From: an uncultured Maribacter sp.
GTDB taxonomy: Bacteria > Bacteroidota > Bacteroidia > Flavobacteriales > Flavobacteriaceae
Assembly (NCBI GenBank): GCA_965367705.1
Contig: CBDUKC010000001.1
Location: 1 to 49,126 of the forward strand
Reading direction: 5' to 3'
Length of the DNA: 49,126 nt
Each line of letters starts with the position of its first letter. Positions within the stretch are counted from its first letter, which is position 1. The position numbers were made by a program, and so were the translations under genes. This document shows, piece by piece, positions 27,772-37,010 of the stretch. Under the pieces are notes generated by a model that searched no databases, was not told the DNA's origin, and worked only from the letters and a program-made list of their open reading frames with translations.

Positions 27772-29454
27772 ATGGGAAAAACACTAACACCTTCACGTGC
27801 GCAAGAATCTACTAATGCAATTGAACGTTTGTACGTTACCATGCGACATTTATTTAATCGAGGGTTTTACAAACCAACCGGAGTTTCTGGCGAAGCCCTT
27901 AAAAACTCACTACTGGCGTTAAGACCAGAAATATATGGGTTTGTGGCTGAAGAAAAAGCAGAGTTGAACGGACTTGTTTATGTATTGGAAAGATTGCCGG
28001 CCGGGATAGAACAATGTAAATTCATTAATCTTACATCCGATGAGGGTTTTGGAAATTCTCACATGCAACCAATCATTCCCCCAAAACGAAGAAGAAATTG
28101 CTATCGGATAGATGATGAGCAAATGAATATTGAGATTACCAGAGGAAGATCTGATATTTATGATATCCTTACGCACTTAACATTCCTTTTCATTGAGTCC
28201 GACAAAATTTGTAAACGAGTTCTAATTCCAGATACCGAGCGAACTATTCGCGACTGGTCTAAACTGGAAGCGACCATAAAAAAGGACGAAATAACCCAAG
28301 AAGAACGTGAAATAGCCCTAATACATACCGCAAATATTCTAGGAAGGTCTTTTGAAGAAATATTGGATATATACGACAAGTTTAGAACCGACAATGACCC
28401 TGAGCGCTTCCTCAAAATAATTTATTGGTTAGGGAAGCTATCCTTGGAAGAAGAGATTACCGGAGAAAAACGCACCATTACATTTAGTTCATTATTACGG
28501 GAAAGATTAGGACATCATATACATGGCGAACGTTGGGCCGATAATATTAAAGAAACATTAAAGGCACACAAACTATTGGGGAGACCTATTCATATTATAT
28601 CTGCTAATATGCATAGTGTTATGAATTCTCTGTTTGCCAAGAAGGCACTTGCATCAGAATACAATAATACCAGTTCACTTGAAATTTATGAGGCCCTAAG
28701 TAGTTCCGATAATGCCGAATTAAGAGACAAGGTTAAGAAAGTAGCAGAAGAAAACGGAATGATTTCTTTAAATGATACTTCTGGAACTAATATAGATGTG
28801 CAGATTTTTGATGTTGCTAAATTTGGTCCGGGAGTATGTTGTTACGATTTAAATGATGAACCAGATGAAGCAAAACCTATTATATTTGTAATGGATTATG
28901 CTTTTGGAGAACAAGCCTATGAAACCATAGATGAACTTTTGAAACCCTTTGAAAGCAAAAAAAAGAAAGCTATATTTCTTAATGTAGCATCCATTTCTAT
29001 TATGGGTAAGGCAGGTATTTTAGAAGGTGGAAAAGGCGATTTAATGATTCCATCCGCGCATATATTTGAAGGAACAGCAGATAATTACCCATTTAAGAAT
29101 GAATTATGCGCAGCAGATTTTAAGGGCCATGGATTAAAAGTTTTGGAGGGAACGATGGTTACCGTTTTAGGAACTTCCTTGCAAAACAAGGATATACTAC
29201 GATTTTTTCACAAATCTACTTGGAATGTAATAGGCTTGGAAATGGAAGGAGTGCACTATCAAAAAGCAATACAATCTGCCTCTAAAATTAGAAAAAGTAT
29301 CCGTGAAGATGTCAAAGTGAGATATGCCTATTATGCTTCGGACAATCCTTTGGAAACCGGAAGCACATTAGCCTCCGGCGGATTGGGTACTACAGGAGTA
29401 AAACCCACATATTTGATTACAGATAAAATTTTAAAACAGATTTTTAACTCATAG
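27772..29454 (+). CDS. Conserved protein (DUF6909-like) with nucleoside phosphorylase-like C-terminus
   Basis: 560 aa; MGKAGILEGGKGDLMIP and GLEMEG resemble NP-I family motifs; TAATTTTG -7 box at 27750-27757. Confidence 0.7.
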   Translation: MGKTLTPSRAQESTNAIERLYVTMRHLFNRGFYKPTGVSGEALKNSLLALRPEIYGFVAEEKAELNGLVYVLERLPAGIEQCKFINLTSDEGFGNSHMQPIIPPKRRRNCYRIDDEQMNIEITRGRSDIYDILTHLTFLFIESDKICKRVLIPDTERTIRDWSKLEATIKKDEITQEEREIALIHTANILGRSFEEILDIYDKFRTDNDPERFLKIIYWLGKLSLEEEITGEKRTITFSSLLRERLGHHIHGERWADNIKETLKAHKLLGRPIHIISANMHSVMNSLFAKKALASEYNNTSSLEIYEALSSSDNAELRDKVKKVAEENGMISLNDTSGTNIDVQIFDVAKFGPGVCCYDLNDEPDEAKPIIFVMDYAFGEQAYETIDELLKPFESKKKKAIFLNVASISIMGKAGILEGGKGDLMIPSAHIFEGTADNYPFKNELCAADFKGHGLKVLEGTMVTVLGTSLQNKDILRFFHKSTWNVIGLEMEGVHYQKAIQSASKIRKSIREDVKVRYAYYASDNPLETGSTLASGGLGTTGVKPTYLITDKILKQIFNS

Positions 29455-29458
29455 TATT

Positions 29459-30454
29459 ATGGCAGATAATCAACCAAATAATCCCCAAAAAAGTTCGGAT
29501 GAGATAGATTTGGGACAATTGTTCCAAGTACTCTCAGATGGTCTCAACAGGCTATTTAGAGGGTTCTTAAAAATCTTCGTTTATCTTAAAAAAAATGCAC
29601 TTATTCTTTTACTGTTAATTGTTTTTGGTGCGGGTATAGGATATGGACTAAATCAAATTATTTCCAAAAAAATTAAAACGGAAGTTATTGTTAAGCCACA
29701 ATTGGAAAGCAAAAATTACTTATACGATGTTGTCTCGGAAATACAAGCAAATATTGAAGCTAAAGACACTATTTTTTTCAATTCCATAGGCGTTAATTTT
29801 ACTGATTATAATGGCTTAGAGGTCACTATAAATAGAGTTAGCGGGGATGATAGCGGTGAAAGTGATATTAAGTACTTAGAATTGTTACAATCTTTCGAAG
29901 ACACCGAGGCTATTGCGGATATCGTTAGGGCTGAACTGCAAAACAAAAGCTCTTTTAACCATAGGATAACCTTTTACTACAAAAATCTAGAACAAGGGCA
30001 GAACTTCGCTGAAAAGGTTATGGCATATATAAATTCCAACCAGTACTTTGACGGTCTTGTTACTATTTATAGAGCAAATGCAGAGTCACGAATTAATGAA
30101 AATAAAAATTTGTTAGCGCAAGTTGATGAGATAATTGTGAATTACTCAAAAAAAATGGCGCAGACGGATGCTTTTTCTGGGAATGAACGTATCATTCTTG
30201 ACAACCAAGAAACGGTTAATATTACAGGACTCTTAAATTTTAAAAACACTTTAATAAAAGACATTGAGACCAAAAAGGTAGAATTAGAAGAGCGCACAGA
30301 GCCTATCAAAGTAATTAATTTTGGAAAACCCCAACAAGTACAAAAAGCTTTTTTCGGAAAGAACATTGTGTTGATTCCTGCACTATTGTTAGCTGTATTT
30401 TTTCTTATTTCGTTCCTAAAATACCTCAACAAAAAAGTAACAGAACTCCTATAA
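29459..30454 (+). CDS. Wzz-like polysaccharide chain-length regulator
   Basis: N-terminal DEIDL motif, two terminal TM helices flanking a coiled-coil periplasmic region; first gene of the glycan locus. Confidence 0.7.
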   Translation: MADNQPNNPQKSSDEIDLGQLFQVLSDGLNRLFRGFLKIFVYLKKNALILLLLIVFGAGIGYGLNQIISKKIKTEVIVKPQLESKNYLYDVVSEIQANIEAKDTIFFNSIGVNFTDYNGLEVTINRVSGDDSGESDIKYLELLQSFEDTEAIADIVRAELQNKSSFNHRITFYYKNLEQGQNFAEKVMAYINSNQYFDGLVTIYRANAESRINENKNLLAQVDEIIVNYSKKMAQTDAFSGNERIILDNQETVNITGLLNFKNTLIKDIETKKVELEERTEPIKVINFGKPQQVQKAFFGKNIVLIPALLLAVFFLISFLKYLNKKVTELL

Positions 30455-30455
30455 A

Positions 30456-31469
30456 ATGGACACTCCTCCAACACACAAAACAATTTTAGTTACAGGAGGC
30501 GCTGGTTTCATAGGGAGTAATTTTATTCCATATTTCTTAGAACGCAATCAAGAGTATAGCGTTATTAATCTTGACAAACTCACCTATGCGGGAGATATTT
30601 CTAATCTGGATGACCTAGCAGAACCTTTGAGACACGATTTGATTATAGGGGATATTTGCGATAAAAATTTAGTGGCTAGTATATTTGAGGAATATGCAAT
30701 AGACTCAGTAATTCATTTCGCTGCTGAATCACATGTGGACAATTCTATCAAAACGCCAGACAGTTTCATTAAAACTAATATAGAAGGTACGTTTACACTT
30801 TTAGAGGTCGCTAGGAAATATTGGGCATCAGAATATAAAAACAAAAGGTTTCATCATATTTCTACCGATGAGGTCTTCGGCAGCTTGGGAGATAAAGGTT
30901 TTTTTACTGAAGAGACCCCGTATGCTCCCAACAGTCCGTATAGCGCTTCTAAGGCCGCCGCTGATTTTCTCGTTAGAAGTTATCATCACACCTATGGTCT
31001 TAACGTTGTTACCAGTAATTGTTCTAATAATTTTGGGCCAAAACAACATGACGAAAAGTTGATTCCAACCGTTATTCGGAAAGCACTAAAGCTTGAAAAG
31101 ATACCTATTTATGGAAACGGTAAAAATATAAGGGATTGGCTTTATGTTAAAGACCACTGCCAAGGCCTGAATCAAATATTTCATAAAGGAATATCTGGAG
31201 AAACATATGCGCTAGGTGGAGGAAATGAATATACAAATTTAAGTATAGCAGAGAATATATGTACTTTATTGGATGAGCTGAAGCCAAAGGTTTCAGGCAG
31301 TTATAGAGAGCAGATTTCTTTTGTAGAAGATAGGAAGGGTCATGATTTTAGATATGCTATTGATGCATCGAAAACGAAAGCAAAAATTGGATGGGTGCCA
31401 ATGGAGGATTTTAATACTGGACTTATTAAGACAATTAACTGGTACCTAAACAAATACACTGAGATTTAA
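30456..31469 (+). CDS. rfbB: dTDP-glucose 4,6-dehydratase
   Basis: GGAGFIG, DKLTYAG, HFAAESHVD, STDEV, YSASK, RDWLYV. Confidence 0.96.
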   Translation: MDTPPTHKTILVTGGAGFIGSNFIPYFLERNQEYSVINLDKLTYAGDISNLDDLAEPLRHDLIIGDICDKNLVASIFEEYAIDSVIHFAAESHVDNSIKTPDSFIKTNIEGTFTLLEVARKYWASEYKNKRFHHISTDEVFGSLGDKGFFTEETPYAPNSPYSASKAAADFLVRSYHHTYGLNVVTSNCSNNFGPKQHDEKLIPTVIRKALKLEKIPIYGNGKNIRDWLYVKDHCQGLNQIFHKGISGETYALGGGNEYTNLSIAENICTLLDELKPKVSGSYREQISFVEDRKGHDFRYAIDASKTKAKIGWVPMEDFNTGLIKTINWYLNKYTEI

Positions 31470-31471
31470 AA

Positions 31472-32329
31472 ATGAAAGGAATAGTACTGGCTGGAGGCTC
31501 TGGAACACGATTAATGCCCTTAACGTTGGTGATAAGCAAGCAGCTTATGCCTGTTTATGACAAGCCGATGATTTATTATCCAATAGCTACATTACTCATC
31601 TCAGGAATACGAGACATATTAATTATTACTACACCCAACGATGCCGCCGTGTTCAAAAAATTATTAGGAGATGGGACCGCATTAGGGTGTAATTTTGAGT
31701 ATGCTATTCAAGAAAAACCAAATGGTATCGCAGAGGCTTTTTTAATTGGCCGCGATTTTATAGGAAAGGACAAGGTAGCTCTCATTTTAGGCGACAACTT
31801 ATTCTACGGGACAGGCCTTTCCGCATTACTGCAGGCAAATAATAACCCTGAAGGAGGGGTTGTTTATGGTTATCATGTAAATAACCCAAATAGATATGGA
31901 GTTGTGGATTTTGATGCTAATGGAAGAGTTATATCCATTGAGGAAAAGCCTTTAAAGCCAAAAACGAATTATGCAGTTCCAGGCATTTATTTTTATGATA
32001 ATTCCGTAGTAGAAATTGCACGAAATATAAAGCCAAGCAACAGGGGTGAACTAGAGATAACTGACATCAATAAGGAATATCTTAGACAAGGAAAGCTTCA
32101 GGTAAGTGTTTTAGATAAAGGAATTGCATGGCTAGACACGGGTACCTTTAGTTCCCTAATGCAAGCTTCGCAATTTGTGCAATTAATAGAAGAACGGCAA
32201 GGGTTAAAAATAGGAGCTATAGAAGAGGCAGCGTATAAAATGGGTTATATATCAAAGGAACAGCTTCACAGGTTGGCTAAACCGCTGTTAAAGAGTGGAT
32301 ATGGTGAGTATTTGATGCAGCTTGCATAA
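31472..32329 (+). CDS. rfbA: Glucose-1-phosphate thymidylyltransferase
   Basis: LAGGSGTRL, SKQLMPVYDKPMIYYP, EEKP, RGELEITD, WLDTGT. Confidence 0.97.
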   Translation: MKGIVLAGGSGTRLMPLTLVISKQLMPVYDKPMIYYPIATLLISGIRDILIITTPNDAAVFKKLLGDGTALGCNFEYAIQEKPNGIAEAFLIGRDFIGKDKVALILGDNLFYGTGLSALLQANNNPEGGVVYGYHVNNPNRYGVVDFDANGRVISIEEKPLKPKTNYAVPGIYFYDNSVVEIARNIKPSNRGELEITDINKEYLRQGKLQVSVLDKGIAWLDTGTFSSLMQASQFVQLIEERQGLKIGAIEEAAYKMGYISKEQLHRLAKPLLKSGYGEYLMQLA

Positions 32330-32505
32330 ATTAACGCTACTTAGTATTTTCTAAATTTATATTAGGGTCGTTTGGGATTTGTAACTATTTCATTAGATCA
32401 TCTAGCGCACCAACTAAAATAAGGATTAGGACTTATCTTAGTCGACAATCTTTAAAAAATAGACGAAGCGGAAAAAGTTCAACTTGTTCAGAATAGTAAT
32501 TATCG

Positions 32506-32572
32506 TACTTTTGAATAAAAGCTTAAAACAGGTAGTAGAATAGATTTAAGAAAATTCTAAGTTTTAACTTTG
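32506..32572 (+). promoter_or_regulatory. Two -7 boxes upstream of the six-gene cassette
   Basis: TACTTTTG 32506-32513 and TAACTTTG 32565-32572 in the 278-bp gap after rfbA. Confidence 0.5.
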
Positions 32573-32607
32573 ATATAAGATTATACGTAACTAAGAAATA
32601 CAATCAA

Positions 32608-33276
32608 ATGAAAATTACTGCGCTATTACCAATGAAGGGTAATTCTGAAAGAGTGCCTAATAAAAACCTTAAGAATTTTAGCGGTTCTCCACTTTATCAT
32701 AAAGTGCTAGATAGTTTGTTAGCTTCAAAGTACATCGAAAAAGTTGTCGTAAACACAGACAGTAAAAATATTAGCAAGGATATTGCAGCGAACTATGGTG
32801 AAAACGTAATTGTCATAGAAAGACCCGAAGAAATTATTGGAGACCATGTGTCAATGAACAAGGTTATAGCGTATGATATTAAACAGGTAGATTCAGACTA
32901 TTACTTACAAACCCATAGCACGAATCCTTTACTGAAGACAGAAACCATAGATAATGCCATAGAGACGTTGCTTAAAAGAAAGGATATGTATGATTCTATT
33001 TTTTCAGTGACTAGAATGCAAACAAGATTATATGGTTGCGACGGTACGCCCTTAAACCATGATCCGGTAAAATTGATTAGGACCCAAGATTTACCTCCCA
33101 TCTACGAAGAGAATTCCAATTTGTATATTTTTTCCAAACAGTCTTTTGAAAACTCTGGAGGTAAACGTATTGGTAAAAATGCGCTTATGTTCGAAATTGA
33201 TAAAATAGAAGCAATCGATATCGATGAACTACACGATTTTATTATGGCTGAATCTCTTTACAAAATACTGCGATGA
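32608..33276 (+). CDS. Acylneuraminate/ulosonate cytidylyltransferase family (NeuA-like)
   Basis: LPMKGNSERVPNKN (cf. PARGGSKR.P.KN), THSTNPLL, RTQDLP, YEENS, IDID. Confidence 0.88.
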   Translation: MKITALLPMKGNSERVPNKNLKNFSGSPLYHKVLDSLLASKYIEKVVVNTDSKNISKDIAANYGENVIVIERPEEIIGDHVSMNKVIAYDIKQVDSDYYLQTHSTNPLLKTETIDNAIETLLKRKDMYDSIFSVTRMQTRLYGCDGTPLNHDPVKLIRTQDLPPIYEENSNLYIFSKQSFENSGGKRIGKNALMFEIDKIEAIDIDELHDFIMAESLYKILR

Positions 33277-33740
33277 TATTCGATAATATTGATAATTGGG
33301 GTACCTATTTTAATACCACAGGTACATTTGGAGAAGTTTTAGATATACTTTCAAAAATCTCTGTAAATACACCAAATGGTGAGTATAGGATAAACGATTC
33401 TTGCTATTATAAAGTAATGAGCTACGAAACAAAGATTGAACCAACAATTATTGAATCGCATAAAAGAGAAGTCGATATCCAAATAATATTAAAAGGAGGA
33501 GAAGGCATTAGTATATATGATAATTCTGAAGTAGAAATCACATCGCCGTATGATAGCAAAACAGATTGTCAGTTTTACAAGGGTATAAAGAAATCAAATT
33601 TAGATTTACGCTTAATGCCCGGTAAAATGGCTGTTTTCTTTCCACAAGACATCCATGGATGCCAATATGCGCTAGATAGCACTACCGAAACTATTAAGAA
33701 AATTGTAATTAAAATAGATGAAAAACTTTTTACACACTAA
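33273..33740 (+). CDS. YhcH/YjgK/YiaL (NanQ-like) family protein
   Basis: MIFDNI, ESHKREVDIQ, G.E, FFPQDIH, KKIVIKI. Confidence 0.88.
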   Translation: MIFDNIDNWGTYFNTTGTFGEVLDILSKISVNTPNGEYRINDSCYYKVMSYETKIEPTIIESHKREVDIQIILKGGEGISIYDNSEVEITSPYDSKTDCQFYKGIKKSNLDLRLMPGKMAVFFPQDIHGCQYALDSTTETIKKIVIKIDEKLFTH

Positions 33741-34506
33741 AAGCAATCTAAAAGAGAAGCTTAAAAATAGAGAATTATCATTAGGGTCGTGGTTGACCAT
33801 ACCCCACCAATCCGTCATTGAGATAATGTCATCCGCAGGTTTCGAATGGCTTACTATTGATTTAGAACATTCTGCTATAGACATCTCTACTTTACAAAAC
33901 CTAGTTGGCCATGTACAGGCGAATCAAATGGAAGCCTTGGTAAGGGTAAGCAAGAACGAAGAGGTAATAATAAAACGTGTAATGGATGCTGGTGCAAACG
34001 GTATCATAGTTCCAATGGTAAAGAATGCAGAAGAGGCAAAGCAAGCCGTTTCTTGGGTAAAATATCCACCACATGGCACTAGAGGTGTAGGTCTTTCAAG
34101 AGCACAGCATTACGGTATTGCGTTTAATGAGTACAATAAGTGGGTTCAAGAGGAATCTATTGTTATAGCCCAAATAGAGCATATAGAAGGGGTAAACAAC
34201 TTAGCGGAAATTTTAGATGTAGAAGGTATTGACGGTATTATTGTTGGCCCTTATGATCTTTCGGCATCTATGGGAAAACCTGGAATGTTTTATGACGATG
34301 ATGTGAAGGAGGTTCTTGCAAAAATAGATAAGATTACATTGGAAAAATCCAAAAACTTAGGTTTCCATGTTATTGAATCTGATTATAAGAAGGTTATTGA
34401 TAAGCTGGATATGCACTACAATTTCCTAGCATTTAGTTTAGATTTTTTCTTTTTAGGTGATAAGGCTAGAGAACAAATGGAACTATTAAAGTCTAATATT
34501 AAGTAA
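33718..34506 (+). CDS. HpcH/HpaI class II pyruvate-dependent aldolase
   Basis: IDLEHS, LVRV, DAGANGIIVPMV, YPPHGTRG, AQIE, GPYDLSASMG. Confidence 0.92.
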   Translation: MKNFLHTKSNLKEKLKNRELSLGSWLTIPHQSVIEIMSSAGFEWLTIDLEHSAIDISTLQNLVGHVQANQMEALVRVSKNEEVIIKRVMDAGANGIIVPMVKNAEEAKQAVSWVKYPPHGTRGVGLSRAQHYGIAFNEYNKWVQEESIVIAQIEHIEGVNNLAEILDVEGIDGIIVGPYDLSASMGKPGMFYDDDVKEVLAKIDKITLEKSKNLGFHVIESDYKKVIDKLDMHYNFLAFSLDFFFLGDKAREQMELLKSNIK

Positions 34507-35387
34507 TGAAAAAAGTACTGGTTTTTGGAGGCTTTGGATTTTTAGGTTATTATTTAGTAAAAGAACTTTTAACTAGAGGTTTTAGCGTCTCTGTAGCGGA
34601 TATTTCTGAAAACGAGGAGCTTAAAGGGCAAGTAAATTATACCTATTGTGATATTTTTGATGAAGCACAGGTCAAATCCGTTTTTGAAACAGAAAACTTT
34701 AACATCGTCTACAATTTGGCTGGTTTTGCCAATTTAGACAACGCTATCAAGTTCCCTGTAAAAACGATGAACTTGAATGTCATCGGCAATATGTACATTC
34801 TGGAACAGTGTGTAAAGCACAAAATAGAGAAGTTTGTTTACGCTAGTAGCGCCTATGCAATGAGTAATAAGGGGTCTTTTTATGGAATAAGTAAATTAGC
34901 TTCTGAAAAGATAATTGAGGAATATAACAAAAAGTATGATTTACCTTTTGTAATTCTTAGATATGGGTCTGTTTATTCGCAAAAGGCATATGATAATAAC
35001 TACATTTATAATTTAGTTAAAGGAGCTGTAAAGGATAAAAAAATAGACCATCATGGAGATGGTATGGAAATACGGGAGTATATACATGCCGCTGATGCTG
35101 CAAAATTATCCGTTGATGTAATAGAATCAGATTCATTTTTGAACCTTCATGTTATCCTAACTGGAACGGAACGCATGAAACGCTTGGAGCTTTTCCAAAT
35201 GATAAAGGAAATTTTAAACGGTGAAGTAGATGTAAATTGCGAAGACACCGGATACCAAAACCACTATAAATTTACGCCATACTCATTTGAGCCCAGTGTA
35301 AGTAAAAAATTAACAGCCAACCCACACATAGACATGGGTCAAGGGTTATTGGAATGTATCAGAGCAGTGCATAATAACGAAGAGTAG
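34506..35387 (+). CDS. NAD-dependent epimerase/dehydratase (extended SDR)
   Basis: GGFGFLG, YASS, YGISK (YxxxK), LRYGSVY, REYIH. Confidence 0.88.
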   Translation: MKKVLVFGGFGFLGYYLVKELLTRGFSVSVADISENEELKGQVNYTYCDIFDEAQVKSVFETENFNIVYNLAGFANLDNAIKFPVKTMNLNVIGNMYILEQCVKHKIEKFVYASSAYAMSNKGSFYGISKLASEKIIEEYNKKYDLPFVILRYGSVYSQKAYDNNYIYNLVKGAVKDKKIDHHGDGMEIREYIHAADAAKLSVDVIESDSFLNLHVILTGTERMKRLELFQMIKEILNGEVDVNCEDTGYQNHYKFTPYSFEPSVSKKLTANPHIDMGQGLLECIRAVHNNEE

Positions 35388-35404
35388 TTTTTAGAAAGTG
35401 AGGA

Positions 35405-36064
35405 ATGCCAATAAAAAATATTTTTTTTGATTTTGATGGGGTTTTAGCAGAATCGGTGAGTGCGAAGACAGATGCATTTAAAGAAATGTACCTGTCTCAT
35501 GGAGTGGATATAGCTGAAAGAGTGGTTGATTATCACATTAATCATGGTGGAGTATCAAGATTCGAGAAATTTAAGCATTGGGAAAAGGAGTTTTTCGGCA
35601 AGGAACTTAGCGACGCTGAACTGGAACAAATGGCGAACAGGTTTTCTGAATTGGTACTACAAAAAGTAATAGATTCTAAAGCGGTTCCAGATTCCCTATG
35701 GTTTTTAAAGAAATACGCTAAGACACTTCGGTTTTGGATTATTACAGGAACCCCTACGATAGAAATCAAAAAAATAGCTAAAGCTAGAGGAATTGACCAT
35801 TTCTTTCTGGGCCTACATGGGTCTCCCGAAAATAAGAGATATTGGTCGGAGTATTTACTGGATACATTCGATTTGAATAGAACAGAAACATTGTTTTTGG
35901 GCGATGCTACAACAGATATGGATGCTGCTCAATTCTCACAGCTTCATTTTGCACTACGACATAATGAAGAGAATAAAGAACTTTTTACGGATTATAAGGG
36001 ACTTGAATTTGAAAGTTTTAAAGAACTAGAAAAGGTCCTGATAGAACAAAAAATGCTACAGTAA
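35405..36064 (+). CDS. HAD-superfamily phosphatase
   Basis: Motif I FDFDGVL, motif II ITGT, motif III K, motif IV GDATTD. Confidence 0.88.
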   Translation: MPIKNIFFDFDGVLAESVSAKTDAFKEMYLSHGVDIAERVVDYHINHGGVSRFEKFKHWEKEFFGKELSDAELEQMANRFSELVLQKVIDSKAVPDSLWFLKKYAKTLRFWIITGTPTIEIKKIAKARGIDHFFLGLHGSPENKRYWSEYLLDTFDLNRTETLFLGDATTDMDAAQFSQLHFALRHNEENKELFTDYKGLEFESFKELEKVLIEQKMLQ

Positions 36065-36996
36065 TGAAAGTTTTACTCACCTCAACTTCATTTCAGGATA
36101 CACCTGGAAAGCACCAAGAACTTTTAAAGGCGCAAGGCTATGAATTAGACACCCTTAGAGGGCCAATATTGGAGGATGAGCTATTACCAATTATAGGTAA
36201 TTATGATGCCGTTATTTGCGGAGACGATGAGTATACCGAAAAAGTGCTTCAAAGAGGCTTCAAAGGAAAGCTAAGATATATTTCTAAGTATGGTGTGGGA
36301 CTAGATAGAATTGATTTGGATGCTGCAAAAAAACTTGGCATACCAGTTACCAATTGCCCCGGGGTAAATCAAGTATCGGTTTCTGAACATGTACTAGCAC
36401 TGTTGTTTACATTTGAAAAGAATGTACATCTACAATACAATTCCACAAAAGAAGGAAGCTGGAAACGATGGGTTGGTAATGAAATCCAGGGGAAAACAAT
36501 AGGCATAGTCGGTTTGGGGGCCGTAGGTAAGGAGCTCGCAAAAAAGTCCATGGCATTGGGTATGCGGGTTTTCGCTTTCGATATTTTCAAGGACAAGGAT
36601 TTCTTAACGACGCATGAGGCTATTAATTTTGTGTCCAGTTTAGATGAAATCTACGAACACTCAGATGTGATTAGCCTCCATTTACCACACACTTCTCAAT
36701 CGCAACATATGATAAGTGAAGAGGTTATTTTTGAAAAGTTTAAAAGAAATCCAATATTAATTAATACCTCAAGGGGCATGTTAGTAGATTCGAACGCATT
36801 AATAAAAGGCCTAAAGAAAGGGAGGGTTAGAGGCTATCTAACCGATGTTCTAGCGCATGAGCCAATGTTGGATGACGAGGTGTTAAAAGGGGTAGAAAAC
36901 ATTATTATAACTCCTCATGTGGGCTCAAGGACCTTTCAAAGTGTAGAAAGACAAGGGACCATGGCGGTAAACAATCTTATCGAACTTATCAAATAA
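36064..36996 (+). CDS. D-2-hydroxyacid dehydrogenase, phosphoglycerate dehydrogenase-like (no ACT domain)
   Basis: GVGLDRID, GIVGLGAVG with acidic AFD, INTSRG, DV..HEP, TPHVG; 310 aa. Confidence 0.88.
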   Translation: MKVLLTSTSFQDTPGKHQELLKAQGYELDTLRGPILEDELLPIIGNYDAVICGDDEYTEKVLQRGFKGKLRYISKYGVGLDRIDLDAAKKLGIPVTNCPGVNQVSVSEHVLALLFTFEKNVHLQYNSTKEGSWKRWVGNEIQGKTIGIVGLGAVGKELAKKSMALGMRVFAFDIFKDKDFLTTHEAINFVSSLDEIYEHSDVISLHLPHTSQSQHMISEEVIFEKFKRNPILINTSRGMLVDSNALIKGLKKGRVRGYLTDVLAHEPMLDDEVLKGVENIIITPHVGSRTFQSVERQGTMAVNNLIELIK

Positions 36997-37010
36997 ACCT
37001 AGTATAAAGA

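Noticed and set aside
36064-36996. Calling this gene housekeeping serA
   Set aside because: Translationally coupled within a sugar cassette; only the family, not the substrate, can be supported.
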